From Candidatus Latescibacterota bacterium (GTDB lineage Bacteria; Latescibacterota; UBA2968; GCA-2709665): a DNA stretch of 64,000 nt. The stretch lies in the NCBI GenBank assembly GCA_965205485.1, contig OZ242180.1:992001-1056000 (forward strand), read 5' to 3'. The notes below the pieces were generated by a model. The model saw only the letters and a list, made by a program, of their open reading frames with translations, ran no database searches and was not told the DNA's origin. Each line of letters begins with the position of its first letter. Within the stretch, counting starts at the first letter, position 1. This document shows, piece after piece, positions 46,722 through 53,962 of this stretch. A program made the position numbers and the translations under genes.

Positions 46722-49700
46722 TCACACGCCCAGCAGCGACAGCGTCCCGTCCGAACATCCGATCAGCAGACGGCTTTCTCCATGCGCCGTCAGGGTGTGT
46801 ATCTCAGACTCTGCACGGTGAAGGCCGAGGGGCCGTCCGTCCCCGTCCAGCACCCACACGGATCCGTCCTCACACCCCGCGGCGATCTTCGCGTCACCGT
46901 CCAGTCCGGCCACCATCACCTGTTGTACGGGCGCACCAAGGTTACGCCGCCATCGTTCCTTTCCGTTTTCGTCCAACAGGTATATATAGAAACAGTCCGA
47001 CCCGACCAGGACCTCCGGTCTGCTGTCTCCGTCCACGTCCGCGGCGCAGACCGAGTTGACTTCCTCTCCCACCCGCTGCTTCCAGATCGTCTCCAGTCGA
47101 TTGCCGTCCAGTTTCAACCCGAAAACATGCGACCGGTTCGTCCCGCACGCGATGAGGTGCTCGTCCCCCCGTACCCAGACGTCACACGCGGGCATCATCG
47201 ACGCCCACCCGTCCAGCCCGTTGCTCGCGACCTCCGCGCCGTCGGCATCCAGCACATAACAGGTCCCCCCGCATGTAATGCGGCCCGGACCGCCGATCAC
47301 CTCCAGCCTTCCGTCCCCGTTAATATCCGCTACGCGAAGCGGCGCGAATATCCCGTAGATCATAAAACTCCACCGCTCGTTTCCGCTCGCGTCGAAACAG
47401 TGGAGCTGCCGGTCCGAGACCGCCGCCAGAATGTCCATCCCACCGTCACCGCGCAGGTCCGCCGCCGTCACGAACTCCACCGCGGAGTTTCGCGCGTACC
47501 GGTCCCACGTCCCCCTGAATATCTCAAACGCGCGAGACCACCGTACCTCTCCGCCTTCCTCCAGCAGATAGAGACGCCGGTCGTCGGCGCCCGCGATTAC
47601 ACAGCGGCGGCCATCAAGGTCCGCCGGGCACACCGAGAGTACGGGACCCTGTGCCTGGAAGGACCATGCCCGCTTTCCGTAATCGTCCAGCGCCAGGACC
47701 CGTCCGTCTTCCGTCCCCAGGACCACCCCGTCCGCGTTCGCGGCGGCACAGCGTACGCCGGAACCGGCGTCGTACGTCCAGACCCTGTGCAGCCCGGGTG
47801 CGGACGCCGCCGGTGCGGGCGCTCGAAAATCCGCCTCGTACGCGTGCAGGTCTGCAGTCCCGCCCATCGAAAATACATCTGCTCCGGGCCTATGCGCTTT
47901 TACCGTCTGCCGCCCGGCCGCAACGTGTAGACGCTCTCCGTTCAGCGTGATCTCGCCGGGCCGAGGCGCGACAACCACGCCTTCGCCCGCGTCCGGATCG
48001 AACTCTACTGAAACCGGGTGTTCGCTCTCAAAATTCACGCGTTCCGAACACAGCGACGTGCCGTTGCACAGCGCAAACCACCCGTCGCCGGCCGCATAGA
48101 TTTCGGCGCGGCCGGATAACGGCCCGACTTCGAACGCGCCCGTCCCGCCTCCGGTCCCCACCAGCATGCGGCCTTGCGACCCCTCGACCGCCACCGCCGA
48201 TTCCCCGACGCGGCGCATCCGGTCGTCCACGGGCTTGTGTGGGTTGGAGGCATAGAACAGGTTGATAAACGTGTGCCGGTCTCCCGCCGCCATCTCCCGG
48301 TTGGCCGACTCGCGCAGAATATTCACATAGTCATCCGCATAGGGATATGCGTCCCACCAGTGGCCGAAGTTCTCCCAGTCCCGCTCCAGCGACATCCGGC
48401 CCCCGCCCACGCTCTGCAGAACAAACCGGTCTTCGCGCCCGGTCTCGGAGTCCTGCTGCACCACCTCGAGCGTTCCGTCCTTCAATGCCGGCGTCCCCAA
48501 TGTGCGCCAGTGACACTGCAGCGCGAACGCGCCCGGCTTCGTCGCTTCGACCTCGTCCACCACCACGAAAAACCGGCCCCTGCGCCACACGACGTTCCGG
48601 ATCCACAGGGCGCCCCAATCGCCAGCGACTGACGTCCGGCTCATTCCCAGACGGCCCAGGTCCGCCACGCCATCCAGCCGGCAAAGCGCCGGAACGTCCC
48701 ACGCCTCCCCATCCCGTACCGCCGTCACGCCGTTGTGGTGCTTCAGCGTCGGACCCTCCGTATACGACGCGTCCACCAGGAAAATCCGGTCGTTGGCGGA
48801 AAATTCCGGTATGGTATTCCCGTCTTCGTGGCTGTGATTGCCGTAATAGATCCCGTGAAGCATCAGGTACTGGTCGTCCCGGCCGAAACCCTCCCGGAAA
48901 CAGACCGTATCGAACGCCTCTTCTTTCGGCAGGTTCAACGGCTTCACTTCGCGTGGCCTCGCCCTGGGGTCTTCGGCGAGATCGTAGAAACCGCCGGCGA
49001 CCTCGAGAACCTGCACCCCGGCCATCCCTTCCGGGACCTCGGGAGGCAGCCCGTCGCAGAAGTACTTCTCGAAACTCATCACGAGCAACGGATCTCTCAC
49101 CGCCTCGTACCGCTCGCCCGGCGGCTGGGGCCGAAAATAGTCCGAGGGCCGGTCAAACCGTTTGCCCAACAGAAACACCGCACGCCCGTCCTGCAGCACG
49201 TGCCCCGCCTTGGCCAGGAAATTCGTTGGGTATCCGTCCATCGGCGCGCCCGTATCTCCGAACGCGGGCAGGGCTCCCCGGTTGTTGCAATACAGCACCG
49301 CCTGGTCCAGAGACCCTTTGCAGTTTCCGTTCTCGATATAGGTCGTGTCCCCACTCGCCAGCGTATAGGTCAATGTGTGGTCCAGCGTCATCCACTGGTA
49401 GGCATTGGCATCCTCGACCGGTTTGAACGACTCCGCCTGACCCTTGAACACGTCGGCAGACGCGGCCATCCACTCCTTGCCCTCTTCAAGTCCGTAGTGG
49501 GTTGAAAAATACCTTCCTCCGAACCACGCCGCCAGCGCCACCAGCGTCTGGTGGTTCTGCCGGACCATCCGGTGCCCGACGCCTTCGCGGAAGAACCGGG
49601 TATACGCACCCTCCTCCGAATCCATGATCCACAGAAGGTATTGCGTGATCTTCAGCCGGTCCTCATCGGAAAACACCGGGCTCTCCTCGATCAGGTCCCA

Positions 49701-50465
49701 TACCGCTGCCAGCCACCAGACGTGGAAGTGCGCCATCACCCCGTACTCGCCCATCCTCAGGTGGGCCTTCGCGATTTCCAGAACGGCGGATGCGTACGCC
49801 TCGTGCCCGGTCCGGTGATACATCAGGCCGTACGCGCCCGCCTCCGAAATCAGCTGGAAACCGGCGCCCGCCTCGGAAGCGTGCGGCGCCGTCGCACGCG
49901 CGTTAAAGTCCTCCCGCCGTTCCTGCAGCCATCCCTCCGGCGGACGGGAAAATGCGTCGAACTCGGGACCCAGCCGGATTTCCATCGTCCACCCCACGCT
50001 GAACGTCTTTTCATCCGCTACAAGCCCCACAAACCGCGAAGTCACCCGTTCCAGCCCCGCGTCATCGCTGGCCCCCAGCAGCACCACGTTGTTCCCGTTC
50101 CCAAGAGGGTTGTGCAGCGTCCGCAGCGCGTACCCGCCCCTTCCGGGATAGCAGCGGTCTTCCACCGCCCACCACTGGTAATAAAGCCACCGGATGAAGG
50201 CGTTGTCGGCCATATTCCCCAGCGCCACCACGTGACCCTCCAGCAGCGCCCCGGCCGCCGCGTCTGCTGCCCGGACCACCTCCAACCGCGCCCCGGCTGC
50301 CGCCTCGACCCGCTCGACGATTCTGGCTGCCTGCCGTGCGTGCGTCCCGTCCCCGCCGATGACGACCCTCGCGTCTGGTTTGCCGTTGACAACCAGCGCC
50401 GTCTCCGGGCACATGTCCTTCAACACATCCACCTTCAGGCCCGTCGGTCCGTTATTCACGCTCAT
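46722..50465 (-). CDS. Heparinase II/III-like lyase plus FG-GAP/PQQ-like propeller (1247 aa), close paralogue of 18800..22396
   Basis: RQNHQ, EDANAYQW, NHSHEDGN; identical run FLVDASYTEGPTLKHHNGVTAVR. ATGA overlap with the upstream gene; alternative GTG at 50459. Confidence 0.78.
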   Translation of the reverse strand: MSVNNGPTGLKVDVLKDMCPETALVVNGKPDARVVIGGDGTHARQAARIVERVEAAAGARLEVVRAADAAAGALLEGHVVALGNMADNAFIRWLYYQWWAVEDRCYPGRGGYALRTLHNPLGNGNNVVLLGASDDAGLERVTSRFVGLVADEKTFSVGWTMEIRLGPEFDAFSRPPEGWLQERREDFNARATAPHASEAGAGFQLISEAGAYGLMYHRTGHEAYASAVLEIAKAHLRMGEYGVMAHFHVWWLAAVWDLIEESPVFSDEDRLKITQYLLWIMDSEEGAYTRFFREGVGHRMVRQNHQTLVALAAWFGGRYFSTHYGLEEGKEWMAASADVFKGQAESFKPVEDANAYQWMTLDHTLTYTLASGDTTYIENGNCKGSLDQAVLYCNNRGALPAFGDTGAPMDGYPTNFLAKAGHVLQDGRAVFLLGKRFDRPSDYFRPQPPGERYEAVRDPLLVMSFEKYFCDGLPPEVPEGMAGVQVLEVAGGFYDLAEDPRARPREVKPLNLPKEEAFDTVCFREGFGRDDQYLMLHGIYYGNHSHEDGNTIPEFSANDRIFLVDASYTEGPTLKHHNGVTAVRDGEAWDVPALCRLDGVADLGRLGMSRTSVAGDWGALWIRNVVWRRGRFFVVVDEVEATKPGAFALQCHWRTLGTPALKDGTLEVVQQDSETGREDRFVLQSVGGGRMSLERDWENFGHWWDAYPYADDYVNILRESANREMAAGDRHTFINLFYASNPHKPVDDRMRRVGESAVAVEGSQGRMLVGTGGGTGAFEVGPLSGRAEIYAAGDGWFALCNGTSLCSERVNFESEHPVSVEFDPDAGEGVVVAPRPGEITLNGERLHVAAGRQTVKAHRPGADVFSMGGTADLHAYEADFRAPAPAASAPGLHRVWTYDAGSGVRCAAANADGVVLGTEDGRVLALDDYGKRAWSFQAQGPVLSVCPADLDGRRCVIAGADDRRLYLLEEGGEVRWSRAFEIFRGTWDRYARNSAVEFVTAADLRGDGGMDILAAVSDRQLHCFDASGNERWSFMIYGIFAPLRVADINGDGRLEVIGGPGRITCGGTCYVLDADGAEVASNGLDGWASMMPACDVWVRGDEHLIACGTNRSHVFGLKLDGNRLETIWKQRVGEEVNSVCAADVDGDSRPEVLVGSDCFYIYLLDENGKERWRRNLGAPVQQVMVAGLDGDAKIAAGCEDGSVWVLDGDGRPLGLHRAESEIHTLTAHGESRLLIGCSDGTLSLLGV

Positions 50466-52804
50466 CTCCTCGTTGCGACGCCCTCATCCCCAAGTTCATA
50501 CTCATGGCCCTGAACGACCACCAATGCAAGCCCTCCAGAGCTGCGGCTGCCGTATGCCACGCCGTCCCGACTGCCGACAAGCACCAGGTCGTCCCCGATC
50601 CGGGCCACTTCCGTATTGCCCGACCGCTCGGTCTGTACTCCGGGCCGATCCAGCGATGCGTGTCCCGGACACAGCACGACCCCCAGGTTGCGCCTGTCGA
50701 CCAGGCCGGAGGTGGTAAACCGCAGGTGGTATTGCTGGCCCCACTGCGATTCGTCCCTGCCGGTCCGCATCGGCGGTGGGTCCCATCCCTCGCTCAGGGA
50801 GAAGAACGCGTTGTTGTGGTACATGAAATGCCCTTCGAGGGAACTCCCTTCACGTTCCAGCAGGAAGGTCCTGCTCTCTTCGTCAACCGAAAAACGGTTC
50901 CAGGAGTGGATATTCCACTGCAGCGCCGAATCGATGCCCGGAGCCGCGACAAATTCGTCGATCATCGCGAAACAGCTCTGCGCCTTCAGGAAGAAAACGT
51001 GCCGCCGGCACCGTTCCGCGCGGTCGCTGTAGCTGGCGTCCGCGTTGCCTGCGAAGTAGACGATCCGCTCGTCCTCGTACGCATTTTCGATTTTCCCGAG
51101 GGAATCGTGCGACCGCATGATCTGGGAGGCATCCGAAAGCGTGACGCAGTTGTGCGACTTGGTGTGCCACACCCAGTGCGTGTGATGATCCGAACCGTAC
51201 CCGATGTAGTAGCCGCTGGGCATCGCCATCACCTTGCCGCCTGCGTGCAGAATGAAATCGTTGTTGTTCGCGTGGGAATGGCTGATGGCGCCCAGCGGAG
51301 AAGAACGAAAGATCAGCGCAACGTCCCGTGCGGCATCGTTCAGGTCCGTCCGGACCGCGGCCCATCCTGCGGCAGGGAACACGCGAAATATCGATTCCGT
51401 CGCGCCGGTCTCCGGACGCGCTTTTTCGGGTTGCGCCAGGAAGAGTTGCGACATCACGCCCGAGCTTCGCCGCTCCTCCGGCGTCTGCATCTGCTCTGCC
51501 TCTGCGCGGAAGGCTTCCACGTATTCCGCGAACTCGTCGGTATCCGTCTCGCGCCCGATCAGATCCACCAGGTCCGCGTTGGACCTCCAGGAGCCTGCCC
51601 ACCGCTCGGTATGGTCGCCGAATCCCATCCACTCCGCGTAGGGCGGCAGACAGTATTGGCGCCAACGGGCGTGGTTCTTCCAGAAGGGTCTCCGGTACAG
51701 GTCCACGCCGACACCCCGCTTCATCGCCGAGGCGAACATGGTCATGATCGTGACATATGCCAGACCATAAGAGGGTCCTTCCGCCCATGCCCCGTCGTCG
51801 CCAGACCAGATCGGCCAGATGCCGCACAGCACCGGCCTGAGCCACTCCAGCCACGACTGCGCTTCGGGAATGTGATCGTGAAACACAAGCGCGATGTGCG
51901 CCAGGAACACGATCTCGCGGCCGGCATGCGAGTCGAACCGCGTCACCCCGTACGACCCCCTGTTGTGCATATAGTCGAACGTAATCCGCCCCCGCTGCCG
52001 GAACTGCGCCACGACGGCATCGCGTTCCTCGTCCGTAAAACGGTCCCACACCCAGTCGCACGCGTTCGAGCCGTTCCAGATGACGGACATGTGGGCCTCG
52101 TCGTTGTGTGCGAGGTGACTCGATCCCTCAGGGTCCCAGCGCGATATGGACGCCATCCGTTGGCAGGCGGCGCGGGCGAACCGGTCCTCCCTGCCCACCA
52201 GATACGCCAGCGCCAGGGTCTCCGCGCCCTTGACGAATCGCCGGGACTCCCACATGATCGGCGCCCACGTCTCATGATATTCCTGATAGTTTTCGCTACG
52301 GTCAGGGAGAAAGGGCGGCTCTTCGATCTCGTGCGGTTCGGCCAACACGGCCTCGGCGCTGCTTCGCAAACCCTCCCACGCCTGTGATGCATCGCCGACG
52401 GAGGCGGCCCGAAGCGCCGGCACCTCCTCCGGCGACACATAGATCCGCGGGTGTTCAGAAGGAAACCGCTTCAGCCACTCGCTTGCCGGGGGCACCTCCA
52501 CAACTGTGGCCTCAGGCCGGATCTCAAACGAAAAATCCTCCGACGTCGCACCATGGTCCGCAGACCACCGCCAGAAATACTCCCCGGGCTCAAACGCCCG
52601 TTCAGGCAGGTACACCGGTTCCTGCAGGTCGCCTCTGTCCAGGCAGATGTTCTCAAAACCCGGGTCACGCGCCACCAGCAAGCGATAGCGCGAGGCGGAA
52701 TCCATCGGAAGCCAGGCGAAGACAGGGGGGTTGGTCTGCGGACGGACCCCGTCCCTGGGCTGTCTCGGATCCTTGTGCGGATGCGGATGTCTGTGTTCCT
52801 TCAT
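50462..52804 (-). CDS. DUF4962 + heparinase II/III, PL15-like exo-type oligo-uronate lyase, no signal peptide
   Basis: TNPPVFAW, HPRIY, NDEA, DSHAGR, WAEGPSY, GFGD, SHSHANNNDF, TKSHNCVT. Confidence 0.8.
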   Translation of the reverse strand: MKEHRHPHPHKDPRQPRDGVRPQTNPPVFAWLPMDSASRYRLLVARDPGFENICLDRGDLQEPVYLPERAFEPGEYFWRWSADHGATSEDFSFEIRPEATVVEVPPASEWLKRFPSEHPRIYVSPEEVPALRAASVGDASQAWEGLRSSAEAVLAEPHEIEEPPFLPDRSENYQEYHETWAPIMWESRRFVKGAETLALAYLVGREDRFARAACQRMASISRWDPEGSSHLAHNDEAHMSVIWNGSNACDWVWDRFTDEERDAVVAQFRQRGRITFDYMHNRGSYGVTRFDSHAGREIVFLAHIALVFHDHIPEAQSWLEWLRPVLCGIWPIWSGDDGAWAEGPSYGLAYVTIMTMFASAMKRGVGVDLYRRPFWKNHARWRQYCLPPYAEWMGFGDHTERWAGSWRSNADLVDLIGRETDTDEFAEYVEAFRAEAEQMQTPEERRSSGVMSQLFLAQPEKARPETGATESIFRVFPAAGWAAVRTDLNDAARDVALIFRSSPLGAISHSHANNNDFILHAGGKVMAMPSGYYIGYGSDHHTHWVWHTKSHNCVTLSDASQIMRSHDSLGKIENAYEDERIVYFAGNADASYSDRAERCRRHVFFLKAQSCFAMIDEFVAAPGIDSALQWNIHSWNRFSVDEESRTFLLEREGSSLEGHFMYHNNAFFSLSEGWDPPPMRTGRDESQWGQQYHLRFTTSGLVDRRNLGVVLCPGHASLDRPGVQTERSGNTEVARIGDDLVLVGSRDGVAYGSRSSGGLALVVVQGHEYELGDEGVATRR

Positions 52805-52865
52805 GGCATGACCTCACGATTGTGTCAGTGATGCTGTTTAGAGAACCATGTATTATGTGCCCGCC

Positions 52866-53846
52866 TCAGGCCCGTGCAAGCGACGCAACCCGCTCCGGGT
52901 TGCCGCTTTCGATGCTCCGACCCGCCTGGATCATCATCAGCGTGGCCATCAGCCCGTCCACGTGGTCCGCGGCCATGGGCGCGCCGGTCCTCAGCGCCTC
53001 GACAAACAGCCGGTTCTCCTCGACGAATCCACCCTCTTCGCCGCGGTAGACCGCCGGCTCCTTCCCGGTCTCCGTATACGTCAGCGTGCAGAACCGGTCC
53101 GTAAGCAGCGCGGATCGGTTTTCCGAAAAAATCTCCATGAAGAGCTTGCTTGTCATCGCCGGCTGATTGGCGTCTCCCTGGATCCAGCAGCCTGCCGCGC
53201 CGTTTTCAAACCTGAACGTGGCGGTCAGATTGTCCAGTCTGCCGTTTGGCTGATAGTAGTTCCCGCCCGCCGCGTAGACTTCCTGCGGATCCGAACCTGC
53301 CACGTACCTGAGGAGATCGCACGAGTGGCATCCCTGGCTATACACGTTGCCTCCCCCCAGGACGGGATCGTTGGCCCAGGTATCCCCCCATCGGTTGTCC
53401 ATCATCTGCATCACCACCATCAACGGATCGGGGATCAGTTCGCGGGCTTTCTGTACCATCGGATAGTACCGCATTTTGAAGGCCGTAAAGAGCTGAATCC
53501 CCTCCCGCTCGACCGCGTCCCCGATCCTCCGGCAGTCTTCAACGGTCAGCGCGAGGGGTTTTTCCACGAGAATATGCTTCCCCGCTTCGGCCGCCCGGAT
53601 ACAGTAATCCGCATGGGTGTCGTGGTGTGTGCAGATGTAGACCGTGTCCAGCGAGTGATCCGCGAGGACGCGGCCGGCGTCGTCGGTGGCATAATCGCCT
53701 CCGTAGCGAGTACACAAGTCGCGCGCCTTCTGCTCAACCACGTCGCAGAACGCCGCCATGCGTATGCCGTCCAGCCCCGCCACTGCTTCGCTATGCACGC
53801 CGCCGATCGCTCCGCATCCGATCAGTCCCGCGCGAAGTCCAGACAT
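52866..53846 (-). CDS. Gfo/Idh/MocA family oxidoreductase
   Basis: ATG 53846 with GGAGGA. AGLIGCG, GKHILVEKPL, GGG....GCH..D. Confidence 0.9.
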   Translation of the reverse strand: MSGLRAGLIGCGAIGGVHSEAVAGLDGIRMAAFCDVVEQKARDLCTRYGGDYATDDAGRVLADHSLDTVYICTHHDTHADYCIRAAEAGKHILVEKPLALTVEDCRRIGDAVEREGIQLFTAFKMRYYPMVQKARELIPDPLMVVMQMMDNRWGDTWANDPVLGGGNVYSQGCHSCDLLRYVAGSDPQEVYAAGGNYYQPNGRLDNLTATFRFENGAAGCWIQGDANQPAMTSKLFMEIFSENRSALLTDRFCTLTYTETGKEPAVYRGEEGGFVEENRLFVEALRTGAPMAADHVDGLMATLMMIQAGRSIESGNPERVASLARA

Positions 53847-53891
53847 TTTCGTTCTCCTCCCGCCAGAATCGATTCCAAATGGCCCACAGAT

Positions 53892-53925
53892 GCAAGCAGG
53901 GCGCAGCGTACTGCGCCCTGCTTGC
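53892..53925. repeat. Perfect 15-bp hairpin (REP-like or mRNA stem-loop)
   Basis: GCAAGCAGGGCGCAG-CGTA-CTGCGCCCTGCTTGC. Intergenic, with no clear U-tract. Confidence 0.7.
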
Positions 53926-53962
53926 GTCCACGCCGCGATGGGCGTTGGCAGCGGCGTGCAAG

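Noticed and set aside
50504..52387. 627-aa plus-strand ORF (also 14216..15772, 19310..20833 and minus-strand 1041..2921)
   Set aside because: Antisense shadows of motif-bearing genes.
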